From: Candidatus Multivorans sp.
Lineage (GTDB): Bacteria > Acidobacteriota > Thermoanaerobaculia > Multivoradales > Multivoraceae
Reading direction: 5' to 3'
DNA length: 64,000 nt
Assembly: GCA_965247095.1 (NCBI GenBank)
Contig: OZ251997.1
Span: forward strand, 1,376,001 to 1,440,000
Below, piece after piece: positions 9,318-21,032 of the stretch. Under the pieces are notes generated by a model. It was not told where the DNA came from. It made no database searches and saw only the letters and a list, made by a program, of their open reading frames with translations. Each line of letters opens with the position of its first letter. The first letter of the stretch is position 1. The position numbers were made by a program, and so were the translations under genes.

Positions 9318-11126
9318 TCAGCCCATCTCCTCGACCAGTCTGGTCAGTTCGTCGCTCATCGGCGCCACCGGGACCTCTTCGACCACCATCTCGCCGTCAG
9401 GGCCCTTCGCGACCCGGATGTTCACCTTGCCGAAGTGTTCGTCCTTCTGCGGGTAGTCGTCACGGAACTGCGCGCCGCGGCTCTCGCGCCGCATCAGGCC
9501 TGCCCGCGCCACAGCCTCGGACACGACCATCAGGTTGTGGAGGTCCAAGGCGGTGTGCCAGCCCGGGTTGTACTCCCGGTTACCGGGCGCCGACACGGCC
9601 TGCGCCCGTTCGGACAGCGCCCCGATCTCCTCGACCGCTTCCTCGAGTTCGGACTCGACCCGGACGATGCCCACCTTCTGCTGCATCAGATCCTGAAGCG
9701 CGTACTGAATCTGGTACGGGCCCTCGCCGCCCTCGCGCTCGAGCGGCTGAAGCGCCTCCTTGATCCCAGCCTCGGCAGCGGTCTCGTCCAGCCGGACTTC
9801 GCCCTGCTCCTTGGCGAACGCCGCCGCGTACTCGCCGGCCCGCTTGCCGAACACGAGCAGGTCCGAGAGCGAGTTGCCACCCAGGCGGTTCGCGCCGTGC
9901 AACCCGACCGCGCACTCGCCGGCAGCGTAGAGACCGGGGACGGAAGACATCTGACTCTCCGCGTCCACCCGTACGCCGCCCATCGCGTAGTGCGTCGTCG
10001 GGCCGACCTCCATGGCCTCCTTCGTGATGTCGATGCCGGCCAGTTCCTTGAACTGGTGGTACATGGAGGGCAGCTTCTTCCTGATGTGCTCTTCGGCGTT
10101 GCCGATCTTCTCCTTGATCCAGGCGATGTCCAGATAGACGCCGCCATGGGGCGAACCCTTGCCCGACTTGATCTGGTTCACGATGCATCGGGCCACGTGG
10201 TCCCGCGTCAGGAGTTCCGGCGGACGCCGCGCGTCCCGGTCACCGACCACGTAGCGCCAACCCTCTTCGGCGCTGTCCGCGGTCTGGTCCTTGTAGAGAG
10301 GGGGAATGTCGTCGAACATGAACCGCTCGCCGTCCGAGTTCAGGAGGATCCCGCCCTCGCCGCGCACGCCCTCCGTGACCAGGATGCCGCGCACGCTCGG
10401 CGGCCACACCATGCCCGTCGGATGGAACTGAACAAACTCCATGTCGACCAGGTCGGCGCCCGCATCGTAGGCCAGGGTGTGACCGTCGCCTGTGTACTCC
10501 CAACTGTTGCTGGTGATCTTGAACGCGCGGCCGATGCCGCCGGTGGCAAGCACCACCGCCTTCGCCCGGTAGACCCGGAACCGGCCCCGCTCCCGGTCGT
10601 AGGCGAGCGCCCCGGCAACCCGGCCATCGTCCAGGAGGAGCCGGAACACCGTGTACTCCATGTGGAAGTCGATCCCATGGTGGATGCCGTGATCCTGCAG
10701 GGTGCGGATCATCTCCAGCCCGGTCCGGTCACCGACGTGAGCGAGCCGCGGATAGCGGTGGCCGCCGAAGTTTCGCTGCAGGATGCGGCCGTCCTTCGTC
10801 CGGTCGAAGAGAGCGCCCCAGGCTTCGAGCTCCAGCGCCCGCGCCGGCGCCTCCTTGGCATGGATCTCGGCCATCTTGGGGTTGCTCAGGTACTGGCCGC
10901 CACGCAGGGTGTCGGTGACGTGGACCTTCCAGTTGTCCCGCTCGTCCACGTTGCCGATCGCGGCCGCCATGCCGCCCTCGGCCATCACCGTATGGGCCTT
11001 GCCGAGCAGCGACTTGCAGATCACGCCGCAGGACGCGCCAGCGGACGAGACTTCGATCGCCGCTCGCAGCCCGGCGCCTCCCGCGCCGATCACCAGCACG
11101 TCGTATTCGCAGGGGGTCTGTTCCAT
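9318..11126 (-). CDS. sdhA: Succinate dehydrogenase/fumarate reductase flavoprotein subunit
   Basis: GAGGAG FAD motif, AHTVMAEGG, QFHPTG, HYAMGG, HGANRLGGNSL, RRESRG; true start MEQTP at 11126 overlaps the upstream stop (TGATG). Confidence 0.96.
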   Translation of the reverse strand: MEQTPCEYDVLVIGAGGAGLRAAIEVSSAGASCGVICKSLLGKAHTVMAEGGMAAAIGNVDERDNWKVHVTDTLRGGQYLSNPKMAEIHAKEAPARALELEAWGALFDRTKDGRILQRNFGGHRYPRLAHVGDRTGLEMIRTLQDHGIHHGIDFHMEYTVFRLLLDDGRVAGALAYDRERGRFRVYRAKAVVLATGGIGRAFKITSNSWEYTGDGHTLAYDAGADLVDMEFVQFHPTGMVWPPSVRGILVTEGVRGEGGILLNSDGERFMFDDIPPLYKDQTADSAEEGWRYVVGDRDARRPPELLTRDHVARCIVNQIKSGKGSPHGGVYLDIAWIKEKIGNAEEHIRKKLPSMYHQFKELAGIDITKEAMEVGPTTHYAMGGVRVDAESQMSSVPGLYAAGECAVGLHGANRLGGNSLSDLLVFGKRAGEYAAAFAKEQGEVRLDETAAEAGIKEALQPLEREGGEGPYQIQYALQDLMQQKVGIVRVESELEEAVEEIGALSERAQAVSAPGNREYNPGWHTALDLHNLMVVSEAVARAGLMRRESRGAQFRDDYPQKDEHFGKVNIRVAKGPDGEMVVEEVPVAPMSDELTRLVEEMG

Positions 11127-11926
11127 CAGACCAGTCTCAAGTCGGTCCAGATGCCCATCGAGCACATCCGGACGTAGATGTCGGAAAACGTGACCCAGAT
11201 CAGGCTGAACCAAGCCCAGGCCATGTGCCGGCGGTTCAGGCAGGAAACGCAGTTGTAGCAGGCACGCCGGAACGGACGCCCCGCCATCACGTTGCGGAAT
11301 CCGCCGACGACGTGACGCAGCGAGTGGCAACCGAGCGCGTAGCCGCTGAGCATCACCCAGTTGATCAGGATGACGAAGCTGCCGACGCCGATACCGAACG
11401 CGTGCCCACCCGCCGCCGTTTCGAACTCGAACGACCGGTACACGTCGATCGGAAAGAAGACGAAGATCCATGCCATCATCGCGTACAGGAAGTAGCGGTG
11501 GATGTTCTGCACGACCAAGGGGAAGGAGTTCTCTCCCCGGTAGGCGTCGCGCGGCTCGCCGACCGCGCAGGCAGGCGGGTCGGCCCAGAACGCCTTGTAG
11601 TAGGCGCCCCGGTAGTAGTAGCAGGTGGCGCGGAACCCGATCGGCAGGATCAAAATGACGAACGCCGGCGACTGCGGGATGAACGCCGGCCACCAGCTCG
11701 GGAAGCCGTCGAACCACGCGTGGTGGGTGAAACCGAAGACCTCCGGCGAGTACAGCGGCGACAGGTAGCCGCCGTAGGCGTAGTGCTCGCCCTGGAAGCC
11801 GGCCCAGGCCGAGTAGATGATCGCGATCCCCAGCCCGGTGGCGACGGCGGCCGGCTGCAGCCACCACGTGTCCTGGCGTTGGGTCTCGCCGAACGTTCGC
11901 CGCTTCAGAACGGCGGGAAAAGCCAT
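11126..11926 (-). CDS. Sdh1-type (Rv0249c-like) single membrane anchor subunit
   Basis: Multi-TM; YLSPLYSP, FRATCYYYR.AYYKAFW.DPPACAV.E, NIHRYF, GCHSLRH and HMAWAW motifs; first gene of the sdh operon. Confidence 0.8.
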   Translation of the reverse strand: MAFPAVLKRRTFGETQRQDTWWLQPAAVATGLGIAIIYSAWAGFQGEHYAYGGYLSPLYSPEVFGFTHHAWFDGFPSWWPAFIPQSPAFVILILPIGFRATCYYYRGAYYKAFWADPPACAVGEPRDAYRGENSFPLVVQNIHRYFLYAMMAWIFVFFPIDVYRSFEFETAAGGHAFGIGVGSFVILINWVMLSGYALGCHSLRHVVGGFRNVMAGRPFRRACYNCVSCLNRRHMAWAWFSLIWVTFSDIYVRMCSMGIWTDLRLV

Positions 11927-12206
11927 CTCGGATTCTGTCCTCTCTCTGTCGAGTCTGCGGTTCGTGGAGGCGTGCGAGCCGTCCGGCCCAGCGGTGATCA
12001 TAGCCACAATGACGGGGATGGTTCGACTCGGGGAAGCGCCGAGCGCGTCGACCGCCGCTTGTGATCGAATCGCTGTTCACATGACTCGGAAACCCGAGGT
12101 CGACGAACTCGCATGGCGCCGTGCCGTGCGGCGAAAGATGGGCGGCGCGGAGGAGGTGATCAGGAGCCAACTCGGCCCGACCGCCCCGCCCTACCGGCCC
12201 TCTAGA

Positions 12207-14519
12207 GTGGCCCCGCGACGCCGCGCCAAGGTCTTCGCCCTGTCGGCGGCTCTGGCGGTTGCGGGCACGGCCTGGGCCCAGCAGCCCGACCAGCCCGGCG
12301 GCGCCCGGGTGGTGCGCGCCTACTTCGACGATCCGCTGATCGCCGCCAGAGCAGTCATCTCGCTCGACGCGCTGGAGTCGGAGTACGAGAAGGGCTACAT
12401 CGTCCTGCTCGCGACGGACGAAGACATCGAGGCGGCGCGGCAAGCCGGAATGCGGGTCGTCGATGACCACGACTACGTTTCCGTGGTCCTCCCCTCCGAA
12501 CTCCCAACAGAGGTCGTCCAGGGGACCATCGCCGGATTCCCCTGCTACCGCACCGTCGAGGAGACCTACGCGAGCGCCCGGGCGATCGTCAGCCAGCATC
12601 CGGCGCTCGCCACCTGGACCACGGTCGGCAAGTCCTGGAAGAAGGCACAGAGCGTGTCCAACGGCTACGACCTGAACGTGCTGCGCCTGACCAACTCGGC
12701 GACCTCGGGGACCAAACCCGCCCTGTTCATCACGGCGGCAGTCCACGCCAGGGAGTACACGACCGCCGAACTCGCCCTGCGGTTTGCCGAGTACCTTGTC
12801 GATTCCTACGAGACGGATGCCGACGTGAGGTGGCTCCTGGACTACCAGGAGGTCCACATCATGCTGCACGCGAATCCGGACGGTAGGAAACGCGCCGAGG
12901 AGGGTGTGCTCTGGCGCAAGAACCACAACACGAACCACTGCCCCGGTATCTGGCCGGGAATCGACCTGAACCGCAACTTCGACTTCAAGTGGGGAGAGGC
13001 GGGCACCACCATCGATGAATGCAGCCTCAACTACCCGGGCCTATCGGCCGCGTCCGAACCGGAAACGAAGGCGATTCAGACCTATATGGCGAACTTGTTC
13101 CCCGACGCCCGCGGGCCGAACGACAACAACGCGGCGTCCGCCGACACCAGCGGCGTGCTCCTTGACATCCACAGCCACGGCAGACTCATCCTCTGGCCCT
13201 GGGGCCATGTCGACGTGCCGGCGCCGAACGGCACGGCGCTCCAGACCCTCGGCCGGAAGCTCGCGTACTTCAACGGTTACACGCCGCTGCGGGCCTACGG
13301 GCTCTATCCGACGAGCGGCACGACCGAGGACTACGGCTACGGCGTGCTAGGACGCGCGTCCTTCACCTACGAGCTTGGTACGACGTTCTTCCAGGACTGC
13401 AGCGACTTCGAGAACTCGATCCAGGACGACAACATCGCGTCCCTCCTCTACGCCTTCAAGGTGGCGCGGACGCCGTACCTGACTCCGGCCGGCCCCGACG
13501 CTCGCAACCTGAGTCTGAGCGGCGGCGCATCGACGACCGGCGTCACCGCGGGCACGGCGGTCGCCCTCTCCGCAACCTTCGACGACACGCGCTACGAGAA
13601 CAGCAACGGCGCAGAACCGACTCGGGCCATCGCAGCGGGCGAGTACTACCTCGATGTACCGCACTGGGCTACGGGAGCGGTTCCCGACGCCATGTCGGCA
13701 TCGGACGGCGCGTTCGGCAGCAGCTCCGAGGCGGCAACTGCCACGATCGAGACGACCGGCCTGAGCACCGGCCGGCACACCGTCTTCGTGCGCGCGAAGG
13801 ACTCGGACGACAACTGGGGCGCTGTCACCGCGGTCTTCCTCGTCATCGACACCCCCACACCGCCGCCTCCGCCGCCTGAGGCCGCCTTCGATCTGAGCTT
13901 CGAGTGCACGGACGGACCCTGCCGAGTGCTGACCGGCATCCCCGTGACGTTTACCGACACGAGTTCGAGCACTGTGCGGTTCCGCACCTGGGACTTCGGC
14001 GACGGCACCACGTCGGGGCGCGCAAGTCTCGAGCACGCCTGGACGTCGCCGGGCTTCTATCGCGTGACGTTGACCGTTGGCGACGGCAGCACCGAGTCGA
14101 GCGCGTCGAGGGTGTTCCTGGTCGAGGCGAGCGAACCCGCAGGCACGTGCGCGCCGGATGAGGAAACGCTGTGTCTTCGAGACTCTCGTTACCAGGTGCG
14201 GGTGGAATGGTGGTCCGAGGACGGCGAACGCACCCCGGCACAGGTGGTCCACGAGGGGACGAACGACTCGGGACTGTTCCAGTTCTTCGATCAGGACAAC
14301 TGGGAGTTGCTGATCAAGGTCCTGGACGGTTGTTCGGTCAACGGCAGCATCTGGGTGTTCGCCGCTTCGGCTACCGACCGGGGCTACTCCATCACGGTGA
14401 CCGACACGAAGACCGAATCGGACAAGGAGTATCGAAACAACCCAGGCCGGCGGGCGCCGGCGATCACGGATGTCGTGGCCTTCCCGGCAGGTTGCGACGA
14501 TGGCAACGCAGTACGGTGA
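12207..14519 (+). CDS. Secreted M14 zinc carboxypeptidase with Ig-like, PKD and conserved C-terminal domain (start uncertain)
   Basis: HAREY, WRKN, GIDLNRNF, DIHSHG, FTYELG; signal peptide ending AWAQQ; WDFGDG; KVLDGC..NG.IWVF. Confidence 0.88.
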   Translation: MAPRRRAKVFALSAALAVAGTAWAQQPDQPGGARVVRAYFDDPLIAARAVISLDALESEYEKGYIVLLATDEDIEAARQAGMRVVDDHDYVSVVLPSELPTEVVQGTIAGFPCYRTVEETYASARAIVSQHPALATWTTVGKSWKKAQSVSNGYDLNVLRLTNSATSGTKPALFITAAVHAREYTTAELALRFAEYLVDSYETDADVRWLLDYQEVHIMLHANPDGRKRAEEGVLWRKNHNTNHCPGIWPGIDLNRNFDFKWGEAGTTIDECSLNYPGLSAASEPETKAIQTYMANLFPDARGPNDNNAASADTSGVLLDIHSHGRLILWPWGHVDVPAPNGTALQTLGRKLAYFNGYTPLRAYGLYPTSGTTEDYGYGVLGRASFTYELGTTFFQDCSDFENSIQDDNIASLLYAFKVARTPYLTPAGPDARNLSLSGGASTTGVTAGTAVALSATFDDTRYENSNGAEPTRAIAAGEYYLDVPHWATGAVPDAMSASDGAFGSSSEAATATIETTGLSTGRHTVFVRAKDSDDNWGAVTAVFLVIDTPTPPPPPPEAAFDLSFECTDGPCRVLTGIPVTFTDTSSSTVRFRTWDFGDGTTSGRASLEHAWTSPGFYRVTLTVGDGSTESSASRVFLVEASEPAGTCAPDEETLCLRDSRYQVRVEWWSEDGERTPAQVVHEGTNDSGLFQFFDQDNWELLIKVLDGCSVNGSIWVFAASATDRGYSITVTDTKTESDKEYRNNPGRRAPAITDVVAFPAGCDDGNAVR

Positions 14520-14565
14520 ACGGTCTGAAGCGCCGGGAACCGCGCAAGCCGGGACTCCAGCCGAC

Positions 14566-15981
14566 TCAGAGCGCCGGCGAGGAGCGCAGGTCGTCGATCT
14601 CGACCGCAGATTCTCCGGCCCCACTCGGGCGCTCGGCATCGAGCAACGCGGCGCCGCGCTCGATCCAGGTGCGGCCGCGAATCCGGAGGGCCAGCAGGGC
14701 TGCCATCAGCATCACGTGGATGATGAAGCAGCTCCAGGCGCCGATCAGACCCCAGGAACGGGTCGCGACAAAGAGCAGGGGAACGAACACCAGCCAGGCA
14801 ACGCCGATGTTCACCAGCATGCTGTAGGTCGTGTCGCCGGCACCGCGCAGCGCCCCGGCCAGCACGTTGAACTGCAAGTCGAAGACCAGACAGACGACGG
14901 CGATCAGGAAGAGAGGTCTGGCGTACGGAAGCACTTCGACCAGCTCGGCCTGACGCACGAACAGCGCCATCAAGCGGTCGGGGAAGCCAACGTAGACGAT
15001 AGCGGTCGCCGCCATCGCCAGATAGCCGATTCGGAGCACTCTCCTCACCACCAGGCGAGCGTCGCGAAGCTGCTGCGCGCCGAGACACTGGCCGACCAGT
15101 GTCGTGGAGCCTGCCGCGAGCGCAACCGCAATCATGTAGGAGACCGACCACGCCTGAATGACCGCGTTCGTGGCGGCCATCTCCGCGTCGCCAAGGCGGG
15201 CGACGAGGGCTGTGAAGACGCTGATGCCGCCCAGTTCCATGAACACCTGGATGCCGATCGGCACACTGACGCGGAGCATCCTCGCCATCAGGGCGGACTC
15301 CGGGGGCCGGGGGGTCGAGGCATCGTAGTCCCTGCCAATGCGGGTCAGCAGCACGCCCCCCAGAAGCACCACCGCGACAACGAACTGCGCGATGACGGTC
15401 CCCACCGCGGCCCCGGCGGGGCCCAGCTCCGGGAATCCGTGGGCGCCGAAGATGAACAGGTAGTTGAGCCCGCAGTTCAATCCCAACTGGATCATGCCCG
15501 CCCACATCGGGATGTCGGTGCGGCCGAGCCCGCGGTAGTAGTTCTCCGCAACCAGGAAGATCATCAGCCCGATCGCGGCGGCCATCCGGACTTCCGTGTA
15601 CTCGGCGGCAATCGCCTGCGCTTCCGGCGAGGCTTTGGTCAGACTGAACACCCAGGTCGAAAGGGGCGAAAGCAGGAAGAGCGCCAGCCCGGCGCCCGCG
15701 GCCAGGTAAAGGCCCTGCCAGAACGCGACGCCAACCCGATCCCGCCGCCCGGCGCCGAAGAACTGCGCGACGAAGGTGTTCACGCCCTGCAGCAGGCCGA
15801 CGAAGAAGCTCAGGCACCACCAGGAGATGATCGCTCCCAGACCGACACCCGCAAGCGCCACAATTCCCAGCCGGCCCACCATCATCGTGTCGATCACACC
15901 CATCGCGGTGTGCGTCACCTGGGTCACCACCACCGGCGCCGTGAGCGCGAAGATGCGACGGTAGGAGATGTCGATCGTCAT
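14566..15981 (-). CDS. MATE family efflux transporter
   Basis: About 12 TM; DTMMVGRLG..ALAGVG, NYLFIFG..GFPELG..GAA.GT, LRGAGDT. Confidence 0.92.
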   Translation of the reverse strand: MTIDISYRRIFALTAPVVVTQVTHTAMGVIDTMMVGRLGIVALAGVGLGAIISWWCLSFFVGLLQGVNTFVAQFFGAGRRDRVGVAFWQGLYLAAGAGLALFLLSPLSTWVFSLTKASPEAQAIAAEYTEVRMAAAIGLMIFLVAENYYRGLGRTDIPMWAGMIQLGLNCGLNYLFIFGAHGFPELGPAGAAVGTVIAQFVVAVVLLGGVLLTRIGRDYDASTPRPPESALMARMLRVSVPIGIQVFMELGGISVFTALVARLGDAEMAATNAVIQAWSVSYMIAVALAAGSTTLVGQCLGAQQLRDARLVVRRVLRIGYLAMAATAIVYVGFPDRLMALFVRQAELVEVLPYARPLFLIAVVCLVFDLQFNVLAGALRGAGDTTYSMLVNIGVAWLVFVPLLFVATRSWGLIGAWSCFIIHVMLMAALLALRIRGRTWIERGAALLDAERPSGAGESAVEIDDLRSSPAL

Positions 15982-15990
15982 GACAGACAG

Positions 15991-16689
15991 TCAGCCGAAC
16001 ATGGCTTCGAACTCGCCGGCCATACGCGGCCCGGCGCCCTCGTCTTCGTGCTTGAAGAAGACGTAGGCCTCGCGCCAGGGTTGCAGCCGAATCCTCTCGG
16101 CCCAGGAACGAAGAGCAGCCTCGTCGTAGTCCTCGCGGCGTAACCGCAGATAGCCGAAGTCGGCGGTTGCCACCAGCGGCGCGTCGTGGTTACTCCCGCT
16201 GTCCGCGATGCACAGCGACGCGCCCGCGGTCTCCAGCAGCGCGAACACCTCGTCGTCGAACCAACTGGCATGGCGGAACTCGAAGACGCCGCGCAGACCG
16301 TCGGGCAGGATCTCAAGGAAGCTCGCCAGCCGATCGACATCACGCTTGAGGTAGGGCGGCAACTGGAAGAGGAAGGGACCAAGGCGCTCGCCAAGCACCT
16401 CGGCGGTGCGAAACAGGTAGTCGACCGAGTCGCCGGCGTCCCGCAGGCGCTGGTGATGCGTGATCCGGCGAGACGCCTTCAGCGCGAAACGGAAGCCGTC
16501 GGGCACCGAATCGCGCCAGCGCTCGAGCAGGTCCGCCTTCGGCATCCGGTAGAACGTGTTGTTGATCTCCACCGCACCGAGCCTGGTGGCATAGAAGCCG
16601 AGCATGTCCGGCCCCTTCGTTCCAGACGGATAGAAAGATCCCGTCCACGCCGGGTAGGAGAACCCGCTGGTGCCGGTGCGTACCCGCAC
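15991..16689 (-). CDS. DUF72 (YecE-like) protein
   Basis: GTSGFSY..W...FYP, VEINNTFY, LFQLPP, EFRH.SW, YLRLR, FFKHE. Confidence 0.9.
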   Translation of the reverse strand: MRVRTGTSGFSYPAWTGSFYPSGTKGPDMLGFYATRLGAVEINNTFYRMPKADLLERWRDSVPDGFRFALKASRRITHHQRLRDAGDSVDYLFRTAEVLGERLGPFLFQLPPYLKRDVDRLASFLEILPDGLRGVFEFRHASWFDDEVFALLETAGASLCIADSGSNHDAPLVATADFGYLRLRREDYDEAALRSWAERIRLQPWREAYVFFKHEDEGAGPRMAGEFEAMFG

Positions 16690-16719
16690 TGTCGAACTGG
16701 TGTCGACCCGGTCGAGGCT

Positions 16720-18444
<1,725 letters not shown>

Positions 18445-18601
18445 GCTTCGTTCTCCGGAGGTTTCGATTCGGCCGCGGTAGCGCGTGTGTTCTCTTGGCG
18501 AGCCTCAGCCTGCAGTTCACCCCAACCGCTGGAGGAGCATCTCAGCCAGTTGCGGATGGTTGAACGGCCGACGAGGCGCAAGTGTACCAGTGTGAAGACG
18601 A

Positions 18602-18844
18602 TCAACCACCCTCTGGTGTTTCGTTCCGGTCTCGCTCAGGGGCCGTGCGTCCACCATCCCCAACATCAGAAGGGCCGGCAGTTCTTCCCCTTTCGCCCGT
18701 TCTTCCTCGATCCAGGAGGGCCTGACGGACCATGTATTCGATCTGCCCATTCACGCTTCGGAGTTCCGAAGCCGCGAGCCGCTGGATCTCTTCGTAGATC
18801 CCGGAATCGAGGCGCAAGAGAAACGCCTTGCGCGGAGCGGCCAC
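18602..18844 (-). CDS. Arc/ribbon-helix-helix DNA-binding protein
   Basis: RKAFLLRLD...YEEIQRLA..ELRSVNGQIEY, the Arc-like signature commonly found behind SPFH genes. Confidence 0.82.
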   Translation of the reverse strand: MAAPRKAFLLRLDSGIYEEIQRLAASELRSVNGQIEYMVRQALLDRGRTGERGRTAGPSDVGDGGRTAPERDRNETPEGG

Positions 18845-18882
18845 CGACTTCTAGCTCAGCACGTGCATCGTCGTCTGCCTGT

Positions 18883-19770
18883 CTACGGATAGAGGGTGCC
18901 GGCGTTCACGACCGGCTGGGTGTGTCGGTCGCTGCACAGAACGGCGAGCAGGTTGCTGACCATTGCCGCCTTGCGCTCGTCGTCGAGGTGGACGACGTTC
19001 TTTTCGCTCAGCATGCGCAGCGCCTGCTCCACCATGCCGACCGCGCCGTCGACGATCTGGGCGCGCGCCGCGACCACGGCCGCCGCCTGCTGGCGCTGCA
19101 GCATGGCCGCGGCAATCTCCGCCGCGTAGGCGAGATGACTGATCCGCGCTTCGATCACGTCGACGCCGGCGGTGGCCAGCCGCTCCTGCACTTCCCCTCG
19201 CAGCCGCTCGGAGATTTCGGCCGCGTGGTGCGAAAGCGAGATCTCACCCTCCTCGTGCGCGTCGTACGGGTAACCGGTGGCCATGTTCCGTAGAGCCGCC
19301 TCGCTCTGTACGTGAACATAGTCTTCGTAGTCGTCGACATTGAAGAGAGCCTCGGCGCTGTCCACCACCCGCCATACAACGACCGCTCCGATCTCGATCG
19401 GGTTGCCGGCGTTGTCGTTGACCTTGAGCTTTCCGGTCTCGAAGTTCCTGGTGCGCACGGACACGCGGCGCTTGCTCAGAAACGGGTTCGCCCAGCGCAG
19501 GCCGGTGCTGTACGTGCTGCCCCGGTAGGCGCCGAACAACTGCAGCACCCTCGCCTCGTTCGGTTGAACCATGAACAACCCCAGCATGAGGAAGATGACG
19601 ACCGGCACGCCCAAGGCGCCGGCGACGGCACCCGGCACGAAGCCGGCGCGCCCCGACAGGAAGACGACGAAGAAAAGGCCCACGAAGCTGGCGAGGAACA
19701 GGCACAGCATGCTCAGGCCCGACGTGACCGAGAGACGTTTCTCCTGGTGCTCTACCATCTTGTTTTCCAT
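18883..19770 (-). CDS. SPFH/band 7 domain membrane protein
   Basis: Two N-terminal TMs; [34 protein letters not shown]...AR..IV.GAVGMV; AAGGAG RBS before the ATG at 19770. Confidence 0.92.
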   Translation of the reverse strand: MENKMVEHQEKRLSVTSGLSMLCLFLASFVGLFFVVFLSGRAGFVPGAVAGALGVPVVIFLMLGLFMVQPNEARVLQLFGAYRGSTYSTGLRWANPFLSKRRVSVRTRNFETGKLKVNDNAGNPIEIGAVVVWRVVDSAEALFNVDDYEDYVHVQSEAALRNMATGYPYDAHEEGEISLSHHAAEISERLRGEVQERLATAGVDVIEARISHLAYAAEIAAAMLQRQQAAAVVAARAQIVDGAVGMVEQALRMLSEKNVVHLDDERKAAMVSNLLAVLCSDRHTQPVVNAGTLYP

Positions 19771-19822
19771 GAATGACGACTCCTTCTCTGGAACGCAGCG
19801 ACGGGCGGCCGCGGGTTCCGGT

Positions 19823-19852
19823 TGATATGAATATGATATCACTTCCATATCA
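19823..19852. promoter_or_regulatory. Symmetric tripartite operator (TGATATG-N4-TGATATCA-N4-CATATCA), probable RHH binding site
   Basis: AT-rich island; the outer inverted repeat and the central palindrome share one dyad axis (19837/19838); lies upstream of the SPFH-RHH operon. Confidence 0.72.
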
Positions 19853-19885
19853 CTCTGCAAGCCTGGTGGCCGGGTGTTCCTCGAC

Positions 19886-21016
19886 ATGACAGAGAACCGA
19901 CCGACCCTCGAACCGGACGCCGTCCTCGAAACCGCCGCTCGCTTCCGGCTCGGCGGCGCACCGACCGCGGCCCACGAACTGCGGAGCGGGCACATCAATG
20001 ACTCCTACGTCGTCTCGAGCCGTGGCGGGCGGCGAGGACTCCTGCAACGGATCAACGAACACGTCTTCACCGAGCCGCGGCGGCTGATGGACAACGTGGA
20101 GCGGATCACCCGCCATCTCGCCAGGAGTCTCGGGCCGGGAAGCCGGCGACACCGGCTGACCCTGATTCCAGCCGACGATGGTCGGACGTGGGTCGAGATC
20201 CAAAGCGGTTCCGAAGGAAGCGGCGCCGGAGGCTGTTGGCGGATGTACGAACTGATCGAAGACGTGACCACCGAGGTGACCGCGTCGTCCACCGATCAGG
20301 TCTTCCGGGCCGCACACGCGTACGGGCGCTTTCAGGGCATGCTCGCCGACCTGCCCCCGCCGCCCCTGTTCGAGACGATTCCCCGCTTCCACGACACGGT
20401 CAGCCGCTTCGAGGCTCTGGACCGGGTGCTGTGTGCCGAGCCAGCCGACCCTGGCGCCGCGCGCCGCCGCGAACAGGCCCGAGCCGAACTCCAGGCCGCC
20501 GCTTCGCACCGAGGTCTGGCAGGGCGGCTGATCGAAGCCGCGGCTCAAGGCGTGCCCCAGCGAATCGTTCACAACGACTGCAAGATCAGCAACGTCCTCT
20601 TCGACCGGCAAAGCGGCGAAGCGCTCTGCGTCGTCGACCTGGATACGGCGATGCCCGGTCTCGCCGCTTTCGACTTCGGCGACATGGCGCGGTCCATGGC
20701 CCATCGGGGCGACGAGGACGCCCCCGATCCAGCCGGTGTCGAGGTCGACCTGGAACTGTTCACCGCCCTGGCCTCCGGCTATCTCGACGGCGCTCGTTTC
20801 CTGACTGCGGGAGAACGTCAGAGCCTGGTCGACGGCGCCCTGGTGCTGACGCTCGAACAGGCGGTCCGGTTCCTGACCGACCACCTGCAGGGCGACATCT
20901 ACTTCCGCGTCGAGCGAACGGGCCAGAACCTGGATCGTTGCCGGGTGCAGTTCGCGCTGCTCGAATCGCTGCTCGACCGCAGCAGGGACCTGCAACGGAT
21001 CGTGGACGGCGGCTAG
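19886..21016 (+). CDS. Aminoglycoside phosphotransferase-fold kinase (N-acetylhexosamine 1-kinase-like)
   Basis: [45 protein letters not shown]. Confidence 0.85.
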   Translation: MTENRPTLEPDAVLETAARFRLGGAPTAAHELRSGHINDSYVVSSRGGRRGLLQRINEHVFTEPRRLMDNVERITRHLARSLGPGSRRHRLTLIPADDGRTWVEIQSGSEGSGAGGCWRMYELIEDVTTEVTASSTDQVFRAAHAYGRFQGMLADLPPPPLFETIPRFHDTVSRFEALDRVLCAEPADPGAARRREQARAELQAAASHRGLAGRLIEAAAQGVPQRIVHNDCKISNVLFDRQSGEALCVVDLDTAMPGLAAFDFGDMARSMAHRGDEDAPDPAGVEVDLELFTALASGYLDGARFLTAGERQSLVDGALVLTLEQAVRFLTDHLQGDIYFRVERTGQNLDRCRVQFALLESLLDRSRDLQRIVDGG

Positions 21017-21032
21017 CCCGCAAATCCGCAGA

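Noticed and set aside
11127-12938. 1206-aa ORF 9318..12938 as a giant SdhA fusion
   Set aside because: The N-terminal ~600 aa are an off-frame or antisense read of the anchor and carboxypeptidase genes; SdhA homology starts at 11126.
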